Under the pieces are notes generated by a model that saw nothing but the letters and a program-made list of their open reading frames with translations, had not been told where the DNA came from and searched no databases. From the IMG/VR virus record IMGVR_UViG_3300044718_000018, positions 1-50,582 of that record: a DNA stretch of 50,582 nt; one strand, given 5' to 3'. A program made the translations under genes and the position numbers. Positions 15,926 to 25,256 of the stretch are shown here, in pieces. Positions within the stretch are counted from its first letter, which is position 1, and each line of letters starts with the position of its first letter. Source of the DNA: a virus. Its lineage: Duplodnaviria > Caudoviricetes.

Positions 15926-15943
15926 CAAAAACAGGTATTAAAA

Positions 15944-16150
15944 ATGAAAGAAGCACCAAAGGACGGGGCAACCGTAACCAAATTTTCGGATGGCTCACTG
16001 CATGTGGTCTGCAATCAATGTGGTGCTGATTTATTTATGGTTGAAAGCGTGAGAGGCGCAATCTTCAATATTGGCCGCGTTTCAGATCATTACCACGATG
16101 TTCACGGTAGACCCTACCAGAATACAGCCATTATACCCCCTCAATCTTAA
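15944..16150 (+). CDS. C2H2-like zinc-binding small protein
   Basis: CNQC...H...H. Confidence 0.6.
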   Translation: MKEAPKDGATVTKFSDGSLHVVCNQCGADLFMVESVRGAIFNIGRVSDHYHDVHGRPYQNTAIIPPQS

Positions 16151-17784
16151 TTCTCTCGCGTCAGCCAAGCATCACAGGCGTAAACCGATGTTCCGAACGT
16201 TCCTGACACATTCAGGTTAACCGCGCCTGAAGTTGGATGAATCGGGAATATTCCGTTGTCGTAGCCCGTAATGGTCGTTGAATTTAGGGCGATGGCTGCC
16301 AATGTTAAAGTTTTTGTTCCGCCCGCGTCTGTCCATGAAATCGTAGGCGTTGCTGTTGTCCCGGTGCCACTGGTGGTGGTTATACAAGATGCATGAGCGC
16401 TGTATGTTCCCGCAGAAATGTCCGTTCCAATCGTGCCAATCGCCGAATTTGTGATAGCTGCCGTTTGGCCAGTAAGGTGTTTTGGGGTGCCTGTTATAAC
16501 CTGAATGCACAGATCCGCGCAGGTGATTCCTTGCAGCGGCGTAGCAAGGGTTTTGGCGCTTAAGATCTGCGTAAGGCCGTCTTCAATGATGGTGCCAGAG
16601 CCTACTGGGAAAGTTACAACGCTTGTACCAGCTGCGGCTCCAGACTTAACCGTTGTGGTGCCAGAGGTTGAACCATTAAATACAAGCCCCGTACCTGGTA
16701 TTGGTGAATTGGTGGTTCCGCATGAAAAGCTATCAGAGCTTTGAGTGTAATTGAGATGATTTCCGGATGAGTCCTGGCAGTCTGGAATCGTTTTATAGGT
16801 GACCACGTTTGCAGCCGTGGCCACACCAACTTGATGAGCTGCTACACCCACCGGATAACTTACTCCATTGAGTGAACCAACCCATACGGGCTGTGCAGTG
16901 CCGCCCGCATCAAACATGAAAAACTGCATAGTGCAGGACAATGCCGCGCCGGGAATGGTAGTCCATCCGCCAACGTTTGCTGGGGGAACGAAGGTGCGTC
17001 CACCGGTGGCATCCTGACAAACCTCTATTGCCAAGGGCTCACCCGCAACGGCGTTAGAAAGCGTTGAACTGGTAACGTTGGCCGTCAAGGTGATCTTGAA
17101 CGCTGAAGAGACAGAAGCGTCAAAAGTGGGAGTGGCAGAAAAGGTAACTGTGGTCATTCCGCCGATGCGGCAATCCGTGCGCGAAGTCCCGGCATTATCA
17201 GAGCAGGTGATTCCAGCGGTGACGTTGAAGGCAGTTCGCTGTGTAAGCCCCGTACCGCCGCTGAAAATCTGTTGAAGGATGCTTGATGGAATATTTGAGC
17301 CTGTCACGGTCCCCGTGGCTGCCACGTTACCAGTAACACTCAGATTGCCAGTGACAGAGTTTCCGGTGAGCGGAGCCGGACTGCCCAGATTCAGAGGCGC
17401 GTAGTTATCAAAATTGAACGTTGCTCCTGTGAAAGAAACGGTCGTATAGCGCAGCACTTCCAAGCCTGAGGACGAATCTTTCACGGTGACGCGATAATAG
17501 ATGCCGCTGGGCAAGGTGGCTGAGGGATTCGGCACGGTAAAGCCGGTAATGACTCCTGCAGTTACAGGAGAGCAGTATCCCCGCTTGAGCGCCTGGCCGC
17601 CGCCGCCGATGGATACTGAAATGGGCTGATCGCTCTGGTCAGTGATGAGAAAGCACACCTGCCCCGCTGCCAGTTTGGTTCCGTTGATGTCAGTGATGTT
17701 TGAGCCTGAAACCGTGGTCAAATTCTGGCCGCGCGCGCCGATAGACAGACACACGAATGCGACGAATACTAGAAGTTTTTTCAA
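16147..17784 (-). CDS. tail fibre / receptor-binding protein with N-terminal signal peptide
   Basis: Follows tail-tip gene; GGGAG RBS plus TTG; Stf-N-like VSG..TD..G start, GNLSVTGNV repeat, TLTANVT..SN...G...QDATGGRT fibre domain. Confidence 0.75.
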   Translation of the reverse strand: MKKLLVFVAFVCLSIGARGQNLTTVSGSNITDINGTKLAAGQVCFLITDQSDQPISVSIGGGGQALKRGYCSPVTAGVITGFTVPNPSATLPSGIYYRVTVKDSSSGLEVLRYTTVSFTGATFNFDNYAPLNLGSPAPLTGNSVTGNLSVTGNVAATGTVTGSNIPSSILQQIFSGGTGLTQRTAFNVTAGITCSDNAGTSRTDCRIGGMTTVTFSATPTFDASVSSAFKITLTANVTSSTLSNAVAGEPLAIEVCQDATGGRTFVPPANVGGWTTIPGAALSCTMQFFMFDAGGTAQPVWVGSLNGVSYPVGVAAHQVGVATAANVVTYKTIPDCQDSSGNHLNYTQSSDSFSCGTTNSPIPGTGLVFNGSTSGTTTVKSGAAAGTSVVTFPVGSGTIIEDGLTQILSAKTLATPLQGITCADLCIQVITGTPKHLTGQTAAITNSAIGTIGTDISAGTYSAHASCITTTSGTGTTATPTISWTDAGGTKTLTLAAIALNSTTITGYDNGIFPIHPTSGAVNLNVSGTFGTSVYACDAWLTREN

Positions 17785-17802
17785 TGTTTTCTCCCTGAAA
17801 AA

Positions 17803-20694
17803 TTACATGCCCGGCAGCGGACGCCCCGGAGCGCCTGAGCCGCCACCTACGCCGCCGCCCTGACCGCCGCCGGTGCCACCTGTACCACTGGAATTGACTG
17901 TGGTAACGATGCTTAAGCGCATCTGGCCGCGACCCACAGCTTGAACGTAATTGTTGTATTGCAACCAAGCACGGTGAGTGCTTTGGTCAAAGTCATACGA
18001 AACCCAATAGGTAGTTGAAACTTGCGGGGCGGCGCCAGTCTCTTCAACTACCGTGATGGTCTGCGCTGGAATCGTGCGCGTGGTCTGATCCCTTTTCCAT
18101 GCGGTGTATGAAGCTCCCACCGAAGCGCCATAAACCCGGATGCTATCCGCCGAACCTGATACAAAGACTGAATCCACGGTGGCATTGTTCGCCGGCGGAT
18201 CGCCGATGTTTCCAAAGGTCCCATTGAATCCGAAGCTGTACGGCGTGGCATTGGCTAAAGATTGTTCCATCAGCCCAAAAGTATTAAAACTTGTGAACTT
18301 GAAAGAGATGGTGGTTCCTACCAAAGTAGGATCAGCTTCCCAGACGAAAACGCCGTCGTCCAAACGAAGGAATTGAGCGCCGATGTTATGAGTGGTAATC
18401 GGCGCGCCAAAAACGCCTCTGCGCAACCGAGTTCCCAGGTTGTAATGAAAAGAACTAGTCAGGCTGGCTGTCTGGAAGCTGACTAATTCTCCATCAACAA
18501 AGCAGATGGTTCTAAAGTTGTCCGCGTCGGCTGCCAGGCCGCCCGCCAGGGTGCCCAGAGATTGAGTAACGTCTACTGCCAACGTGTGAGTGGTATCAGG
18601 GTCAGCGGAAGAGACAAGCTGCGCTGTAAGCGCTCCCATACGCGAAGGGCCGTATATTGTGCCAACCTTCACATAGTTGGTTCCGTCCGGAGAAACCCAA
18701 ACCGAGCAACCGCCCCAGTCCGCATTGACGGCCACGCCGCCCGAGGTGTAAGCGCCTGAGCCCACGGAATTATTCAGCGTAAAGTTGCTGGAATCTACCG
18801 CTGTAACCGTCCAGTTACCGTTTGCCGCGGTATTCCCGCCAACCGCGGCAATCGTCACTTTTTGGCCGTTCTTATAGCCGTGGCCTGCCGCCGTGATCTG
18901 GATAGGCGTGGCATTGGAAGCCGCCGTAATGGCCACGGTGGGCCCGCATGCGCCAATCCATACCTCATAGTTGCCAGTGAGTGAGAGCCGATCATTCGCC
19001 TCAAAGATAACGGGCGTTGAAATAGAGCCCGGATCAGAATTGGCTTGGGTGACGAATCCAGCGCCTGTCTGATGCGGGTAAAGCGTCGGGGTAGCAGTGC
19101 CCCACGGGAAATCTTCCGCATCAATTTCAATCTGTCCGGAATCGTCTTCGCGCATGGCTGTGATGCGCACCGGCTTTTTGTTGTAGCCCAGTTCTGGAAT
19201 GGTCAGCGTTACCAGGTCCATCGGCTCAAGCAGGTTAAATTGCCAGCCCAGAGTGAACGTGTAGGTTGCCCTGATTTCAACATTGCGCTTGCGAATGAGG
19301 TTGGCCGCGAATTTTGCCACTGCGGCAGTGGTGATCTGATGCGCCGTTATGGGGTCGGCTTTTCTCAGCCCATATTGCGCAATCATGGCATCATCTTTAT
19401 CTTCGGCAATGTCCGGGTTGTAATCGAGCGCGCGATTAGAGAACTCAATACTCACATCGTTCATTACGTCTGCCACGGATGGCCGCTTAATCAACACCTG
19501 GGTTAGCAGATCAGAGGTGGTCAGATCATAAATGGGCGTGGTATTGGGAATGAATGTTGCGCCGTTGCCCACGGCAGTTGTGTCCGCATAAGGAATGATC
19601 TTTAGAACGCCTTCACTCCACACTGCCGCCGCATTGGTAACGTCAAGAATGCTCTGTATCCATGCACTCGCGGCTTGCTGAGAATCAAGCACGGGCGACA
19701 TAAACAGCCCGTTTGCTGTACAGAAGTTGCGGTATTGCGTGAGGTCGCCGGGAGTGATTACGCCACCCATGGCATAGAACGGATTGGCCAGCAGATCAGC
19801 AACTATGGCCGATGGTTCCGCGTCGGTAATTCCGGCGCCAAACGGAAGCAATCCTAAAACTTCAAAGCTAAGATTTGGTAGCGTGCCTGATTCGCCTAAA
19901 TCCATCGCAGAAGCGGCAACGTAAGCTATTCCGTTATAGCCAAGATCCTGACCGGGATGCGCCGAGGTGAGATAAGACCATGGCGTCTGTGGACGTGAGC
20001 CAGTAAAGAGCGTCAGGCTCAATTTGCTTACCGGATCGCCGTTAGAGTTGGAATCAGGAACGGAATAAACGTAACTTATCGTCATCTGCTTTCCGGCATC
20101 AGCAGCAGAGAAAGTAAACGTTGCGCCCGATTGTGTATACTGCCCCGCGCCGGGAGAGCTTCCAACCAGCGCCATGCGGGTTTGCTGATTGCCGATGAAG
20201 CTTTTTGAGCCGTCAGAGCCAAAATCATTCTGACTGAAACTGAAAGCGTCCAGCCGTCCAATGCCGGTATGCAACTTGAAGATTCCCGTACCCGGTGGCG
20301 CAATGGTGGTCGAGCCCCCCGGACCAGGCACGGTAAATGTCTGCGTAGTGGAAATGAGCGTCAGTTTGCCCTTGGTGTCCCACACGTTGCCGATGTTGAC
20401 GATTTGCCCAACACACAGGCCCATGGCCACAGCAGTCTGATAGGTGTACGTGGTGTTTGAGATGGCATTGCCGCCGCCCGAGCCCAAGCCCTTGCCGCCC
20501 ACTTTGGTTGTGCTGGTGTGCGGGATGGAGGTGAAATCACCAGCCCAGAGCAGCCGCGCAGCAATGCGGAACTGGCCATAGCCAATAGGCATTCCTTGAC
20601 CATACGAGCTGGTCTGAACATTCAGCGCCTTTAAAATATTGGGAGTTGAGGCGAGAGCATTCTTGCCCCCGCCTTTCCCGCCAGTCATTCCCAT
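17803..20694 (-). CDS. large tail tip / baseplate protein (GTA-type, phage-tail_3-like)
   Basis: QTSSYG..MPIGYG, AYVAA..MDLG....LPNLSFEV, LEPMDLVTL, LRRGVFG...H..GA.F.RLD; synteny. Confidence 0.9.
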   Translation of the reverse strand: MGMTGGKGGGKNALASTPNILKALNVQTSSYGQGMPIGYGQFRIAARLLWAGDFTSIPHTSTTKVGGKGLGSGGGNAISNTTYTYQTAVAMGLCVGQIVNIGNVWDTKGKLTLISTTQTFTVPGPGGSTTIAPPGTGIFKLHTGIGRLDAFSFSQNDFGSDGSKSFIGNQQTRMALVGSSPGAGQYTQSGATFTFSAADAGKQMTISYVYSVPDSNSNGDPVSKLSLTLFTGSRPQTPWSYLTSAHPGQDLGYNGIAYVAASAMDLGESGTLPNLSFEVLGLLPFGAGITDAEPSAIVADLLANPFYAMGGVITPGDLTQYRNFCTANGLFMSPVLDSQQAASAWIQSILDVTNAAAVWSEGVLKIIPYADTTAVGNGATFIPNTTPIYDLTTSDLLTQVLIKRPSVADVMNDVSIEFSNRALDYNPDIAEDKDDAMIAQYGLRKADPITAHQITTAAVAKFAANLIRKRNVEIRATYTFTLGWQFNLLEPMDLVTLTIPELGYNKKPVRITAMREDDSGQIEIDAEDFPWGTATPTLYPHQTGAGFVTQANSDPGSISTPVIFEANDRLSLTGNYEVWIGACGPTVAITAASNATPIQITAAGHGYKNGQKVTIAAVGGNTAANGNWTVTAVDSSNFTLNNSVGSGAYTSGGVAVNADWGGCSVWVSPDGTNYVKVGTIYGPSRMGALTAQLVSSADPDTTHTLAVDVTQSLGTLAGGLAADADNFRTICFVDGELVSFQTASLTSSFHYNLGTRLRRGVFGAPITTHNIGAQFLRLDDGVFVWEADPTLVGTTISFKFTSFNTFGLMEQSLANATPYSFGFNGTFGNIGDPPANNATVDSVFVSGSADSIRVYGASVGASYTAWKRDQTTRTIPAQTITVVEETGAAPQVSTTYWVSYDFDQSTHRAWLQYNNYVQAVGRGQMRLSIVTTVNSSGTGGTGGGQGGGVGGGSGAPGRPLPGM

Positions 20695-20937
20695 TTATTT
20701 CAGGTAATCCTTTACGGTTGAATCCGCCGGCCACTCCCAATAAGACGGAGCGCCAGACCTGGATTTGTGAGAGAACGTGTTCAGAACATCATCCACCTTC
20801 ACAATCACGGCGGGTGCGTATGGGCTGTGCAGATCGGCTTGCGGGGAATCGCCTACCACTTCCGCTGTAATGGTGCGATTGGGCAATATGATGTTTACAG
20901 TGTCGCCTGCTTCTGGTTTGCGAACCTCGCTCATCAT
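20695..20937 (-). CDS. hypothetical protein (SH3-like beta fold possible)
   Basis: KPEAGDTV...WEWP; abuts neighbours. Confidence 0.7.
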   Translation of the reverse strand: MMSEVRKPEAGDTVNIILPNRTITAEVVGDSPQADLHSPYAPAVIVKVDDVLNTFSHKSRSGAPSYWEWPADSTVKDYLK

Positions 20938-21123
20938 TTATCCTTCCTTTTCCTGTTTCTTACCTGCTGGTTTGGAATTGGGCATGGTGGCGACCTGAGT
21001 TGCAAGTTCGCGCATCATTTCCGACATTTCCATGAATGCCTTGGCCCAGCCAAAACCTTGATTGGCATGGACTTCAGACATCTCTTTTTCGAACTGGTCG
21101 ATTCTGTTAAGCAGTTGTTCCAC
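20938..21123 (-). CDS. small helical hypothetical protein
   Basis: GAGGTG RBS plus GTG. Confidence 0.65.
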   Translation of the reverse strand: MEQLLNRIDQFEKEMSEVHANQGFGWAKAFMEMSEMMRELATQVATMPNSKPAGKKQEKEG

Positions 21124-21550
21124 TTTTCACCTCAAAAAATTTCATTTCCCTGCCAATCAATTCGCCGTCTCGGAGCGCGTCGCCCAGCAGAACTCCGTGC
21201 GGGATGTAGCTGTGAATAATGATTGGCCAGTCCACCACGATTGCGCCGTGAGAAAATGCGCGCCCGAATTTGAAGACAATGAAATCACCGGGCAGTGGCG
21301 ATTCTGTTTTCTCAACACAAAAAGGTTCAATCGTCTGAAGATACTTTTCTTCAGAATGGTGCAGGTGCCATTGCATGGAATAATCCGGCGGCACGAAATC
21401 AGCCGGAAGAATGCCGCACTCCTGATACACGGCCAGCGGAAACATGGCGCAATCCACGCCACAGCCTTTTACTTTGCCCATGTGGTGGTAGGGCGTGCGC
21501 AACCACTCTTTTGCTGCCTTGACCACTTGCGCGCGCTTATCGGCTGTCAG
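21107..21550 (-). CDS. NlpC/P60 tail-tip peptidase (probable CTG start at 21550)
   Basis: W..TPYHH....G.GVDC...PGD...F.....H.AI......IHS; GGAG RBS before CTG overlapping upstream TGA. Confidence 0.9.
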   Translation of the reverse strand: MTADKRAQVVKAAKEWLRTPYHHMGKVKGCGVDCAMFPLAVYQECGILPADFVPPDYSMQWHLHHSEEKYLQTIEPFCVEKTESPLPGDFIVFKFGRAFSHGAIVVDWPIIIHSYIPHGVLLGDALRDGELIGREMKFFEVKSGTTA

Positions 21551-22413
21551 ATTGCCGTCTCCGGAACAGGTATGTACGGGAAGCCCTCAAAGTTCACCAG
21601 ATTGGAAAACTTGTTCGTGCAGGTGGCCTGTGTTTTGTCGCAACCTGGATAAGCCGTGAACAAGTCGCCAGCACTGGGTGTGAACGGCAGCGGAGAATTG
21701 AAAGTGAACTGCTGCCCCAGATATTGCTTGACGGCTTTTACCAGTCCGGCATTTGCGCCGGTGGTAAAAACAAGCTGGCCGTTATCGTAATAGTCATCGG
21801 CTTTGGCAGAGAGTGAAATCAGTTTGTTGACCGTGCTTCCAGCTTGTACCGTGTTCGCTTCCGCGAAAGCTGCTTTGCTCAATCTACAGCGCGCATCAAA
21901 GAGAGTGTTTGTGCAGCCCGGCTGAAGAATGATTTGCGGCAACTGCATCGTCAGAAGTTCAGTACCGGAGTTCACTGTGATCTTGGCATAGCTCCTGCTC
22001 AATTCATCCACTGGCCCGACGAAGCCAGAGAAGCGGATCACCGTACCGATCTGCACGCCGGTTGCATCCATGAAGAGCCGCTCAACCTTGAAGGCAGCGC
22101 CATCAAATAGCCCAAGCCCGATGGCCTGAAGTATGGGAACGCCGTTCAGAAGATCAGAGAGGCTGGCCAGAATCGTAACTTCAATGGTGGAAACATCCAT
22201 ACCGATCTGCTCTTCAATGGCAGTGCGTGAGATGTCCGGAGGCCCGGTCAGGAACTTATTGCCCAGCACGGTAAGCGTAGTGTCCCATGTGGTGTATCTG
22301 AGCACCGTTCCGCCAACCAGAGTGATGGTGTAAAGGTCAGCCATGCGGAACTCAGTATTGTTGGCGAGGAACGTGATCAGGTTGTTGCCGCCGATGTTGG
22401 TGGGGGTCTTCAA
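21547..22413 (-). CDS. baseplate hub protein (DUF2163 / BR0599 family)
   Basis: C...LFD..C and PGCDK...TC..KF.N..NF.GFP.IP motifs. Confidence 0.9.
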   Translation of the reverse strand: MKTPTNIGGNNLITFLANNTEFRMADLYTITLVGGTVLRYTTWDTTLTVLGNKFLTGPPDISRTAIEEQIGMDVSTIEVTILASLSDLLNGVPILQAIGLGLFDGAAFKVERLFMDATGVQIGTVIRFSGFVGPVDELSRSYAKITVNSGTELLTMQLPQIILQPGCTNTLFDARCRLSKAAFAEANTVQAGSTVNKLISLSAKADDYYDNGQLVFTTGANAGLVKAVKQYLGQQFTFNSPLPFTPSAGDLFTAYPGCDKTQATCTNKFSNLVNFEGFPYIPVPETAI

Positions 22414-22414
22414 T

Positions 22415-23086
22415 TTATTTCCTCACGCTGATTAGCTGCACTTCTTTGCACTCATAAAGCTGGTAATAGAAGTTGGAAAACTCAATTCCTTCACGCGTCC
22501 CGCTGGAGGCTGAAGAGTTGCTGCGGGCTGTGCCCAGATCGAAGCGGACACGATGCAGAAAAGTAAAATCTGCTGTGATGGCTGCGTTCAAAGCTGGTGC
22601 CACGGTGAAGGTAACGAGCCCCAGAGAAACGGTGTAATCCGTGGTTGGAGTTTTCTTTACCCCTGCCACATAGACCGTTACGCCCGCTGGATTCTGGCAT
22701 GCTTCCAGAAAGCCGCCGAAGTTACGAACAAGTTGAAAGTTGAGCGTAACGCCGTCGCCTATCCCTATCGGCTGGCCTGAAAAAACAGAGTCCTCTAAGC
22801 GTTGCGTGAGGTCGCTTTCATTCAAAAGGAAATCATCAAACTGTCCACCGCGCGAAAGGAAAAAGCCGACAAGCTGCTCCAGTGGAGTAGAGCCTGTATC
22901 ATCTCGAAACCGGGGATCATTTAAAAGGTATTCGTAAGTGAGAGTAAATTCCCAGATGGGATTCTGAAAGTTCTGGATTCTCACCTCGCGTCCGGCAAGC
23001 GAGATTTGAATATCGGTTGAGAGCGTAGGATTCTTAACCACTTCCCATCCCAGGCCACGAATTTTGGGGAAGAGAATATTGCTCAC
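22415..23086 (-). CDS. distal tail protein (DUF2460 family)
   Basis: GRE.R, FF....GQ...F, IG.GDG....FQL.R, ITADF.F...RFD. Confidence 0.9.
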   Translation of the reverse strand: MSNILFPKIRGLGWEVVKNPTLSTDIQISLAGREVRIQNFQNPIWEFTLTYEYLLNDPRFRDDTGSTPLEQLVGFFLSRGGQFDDFLLNESDLTQRLEDSVFSGQPIGIGDGVTLNFQLVRNFGGFLEACQNPAGVTVYVAGVKKTPTTDYTVSLGLVTFTVAPALNAAITADFTFLHRVRFDLGTARSNSSASSGTREGIEFSNFYYQLYECKEVQLISVRK

Positions 23087-25254
23087 TGGCCAAAGCCTTT
23101 TTTCTTGAGCACCTTTGCCACCTTATTCCCCAGCATATTGCTGTGCCGATCAATCACACTTTCGAAAGAAGCTGCATCCATAGCCTGAACATTGTGGTGA
23201 ACAACTACGGTTATTCCGCCTCCTGACCCGCTGTAAGCTGCGCCCTGTTTACTGGCTGGAATCACCGTTTCACCTTTGTGAAGATAGGCAAGTCCATCCT
23301 GGGGAACGTAGTTGGTGCCAACGTCGTAAGAGCCCATAGACTCAACAGCGATGAAGGCGGCAGCTGCGATGGGAGCGGCCAGGACAGGGCCAACATATTG
23401 CGATGCCCAATCGAAGGATTTCTTGGCTGCATCATAGGCGGCACGCATGCCGCTTTTTGCATAGTACGCAGCATCCACAGCCTCTTTTGTGGCTGCATGC
23501 GCAATCATCTCAACCAACTGGCGCGCCAGCGATGCGATAAATTTAGCGGCCATGTTGTCAGCCATTTTTGCCCACGCCTGCCCCATGGTTTCAGTCCCTT
23601 GCAAAATTCCAGTGGCAAAGGTGCTGAACTCAGAAGAGATGCCCTGCACCATTTTTTGATACTGGGCCTGCGTTGCCTTTGTCTGATCCGTTACAGACTT
23701 GGTCGCGACCAGATTCCCCTGGGCAACTATCTTGTCAATCTGCGCCTGAATTTCAGCCTTCTTCTTTACGTCGCCATCCCAGAGCGCAAAACGCAACTGC
23801 TGATAACTTCTTTCTATAGCCAGTTCTGTTTCTTTGGCACCAGCAATCAATTTAACTTCCTGCTGCTGGGTGATCTGGCCCCTTTCAAAGCGTTGCTCGA
23901 TTAACTGAATCTGAATATCGCTATTTGTTTTGGCGGTAGCAATCTGCCCCTTATAACTTTCGTCCCACGCCTCAAGCTGTTTTTCGCTGCCTTTGAGCGC
24001 GGCTTGGTTCTGTTTCTCGATGTCGGCAATTGCTTCTTTGCTGGCACGGTCCGCCGCTTCCGTCTGGGCCTTCTCTCCGGATTCAGCTTCCTTGCGGATG
24101 GCCTGACCAGCCTGGCCTAGAACGTCCTGCAGTTTGCGCAGTTGTTCCGCTGCTGATTCCGCGCCCAGTAAATCGGAATGCTTAGCAAGTTCGGCTTGAG
24201 TTTTGCCGAAATTGGTCAGCATGATCTGAAGGCTGCGAAGCGTTTGATCTCGCTTGTCGTATTCGTTATTTACGTTCTTGAGCTGGGCTTCTAGCCCCTT
24301 TTCTTCCTCCTTTAGATAGGACGTTTGCTTCGCAGCGTTTTTGTCCGCATCAATAAACCCTTGGATCGCGCTGGCCTTTGTCTGCTGTGTTTTGGTATTG
24401 GCAGCAATCTGGTCATTCAAATATTTCTGGTAAGCTGCCACCTGCGTATTCAGTTCAGCCTGAAATTCCGCAGTCTGTCCTTTATTGTTCTGCGCCTGCG
24501 CAAGACGAAGTTTGGTCAAGGTTTCATCGACCTGCCCCTGATACTCTTTTACCTTGCTGAGGATGTCATTGATTCCAGAATCGCCAAACAGCAGCTTATT
24601 AAAAAGCCCCTGCTCCTGACTGGTAAGGAGTTCGTTTTCTTTTCCAATGGCATCCTGAAATGACTTGATCAGCTCTTCTACGGCACGCTTGCCTTCCATC
24701 GCGGCAATTGCAACGCCATTCTGGGCTGGTTTGCGCTCCAGGGTGCTGATATGATCCTGCAGTTTGAGATTACTGATCTGTACAGATTCAGCTTGTTTAT
24801 CGAACGAGAGGGAGAGGTCGAGGCTTTCACGAACGGCCTTAGCCATCTTCTCGCTGTGTGAATCCATCTTTTCCCCGGCCTTAAAGATGGAATCAGCAAA
24901 AGAGATGATGGCCACAACAGGAAAAGCAAGAGAGAATGCAGCGCCAAGTAAAGGCAATTCAGCCAGCCAGCGCGCAACATGACGGTTGACGGCAATGCCA
25001 GTGTCTTCAAATGCCAGCTTTAAGCCCCCTACGGCCTCGCTAGAGCGGCCAACATGGGCACGCGTGGAATCTTCAAGTTCAGCAAGTCGCACTTCTAGCG
25101 CGGAAATCTGGGCAGACGTATCGGCTTGCAACTTTGCAAAAGCACCAGTTATGTCCGCAAGGGCCTTTTCGGTAGCTGCCGCTGCCGCGTCCATCGCGGT
25201 TTTTAATTGTGAACCGTCAAAAACCGCTCCGACTTGTATCAGATTATCTGGCAT
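23083..25254 (-). CDS. tape measure protein
   Basis: 723-aa Ala/Gln/Lys-rich helical protein; C-terminal YDVGT.YVP.D....LHKGE.VIP. Confidence 0.9.
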   Translation of the reverse strand: MPDNLIQVGAVFDGSQLKTAMDAAAAATEKALADITGAFAKLQADTSAQISALEVRLAELEDSTRAHVGRSSEAVGGLKLAFEDTGIAVNRHVARWLAELPLLGAAFSLAFPVVAIISFADSIFKAGEKMDSHSEKMAKAVRESLDLSLSFDKQAESVQISNLKLQDHISTLERKPAQNGVAIAAMEGKRAVEELIKSFQDAIGKENELLTSQEQGLFNKLLFGDSGINDILSKVKEYQGQVDETLTKLRLAQAQNNKGQTAEFQAELNTQVAAYQKYLNDQIAANTKTQQTKASAIQGFIDADKNAAKQTSYLKEEEKGLEAQLKNVNNEYDKRDQTLRSLQIMLTNFGKTQAELAKHSDLLGAESAAEQLRKLQDVLGQAGQAIRKEAESGEKAQTEAADRASKEAIADIEKQNQAALKGSEKQLEAWDESYKGQIATAKTNSDIQIQLIEQRFERGQITQQQEVKLIAGAKETELAIERSYQQLRFALWDGDVKKKAEIQAQIDKIVAQGNLVATKSVTDQTKATQAQYQKMVQGISSEFSTFATGILQGTETMGQAWAKMADNMAAKFIASLARQLVEMIAHAATKEAVDAAYYAKSGMRAAYDAAKKSFDWASQYVGPVLAAPIAAAAFIAVESMGSYDVGTNYVPQDGLAYLHKGETVIPASKQGAAYSGSGGGITVVVHHNVQAMDAASFESVIDRHSNMLGNKVAKVLKKKGFGQ

Positions 25255-25256
25255 TT

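Noticed and set aside
23278-23904. 208-aa plus-strand ORF and similar antisense ORFs across the structural block
   Set aside because: Shadows of well-supported minus-strand virion genes.
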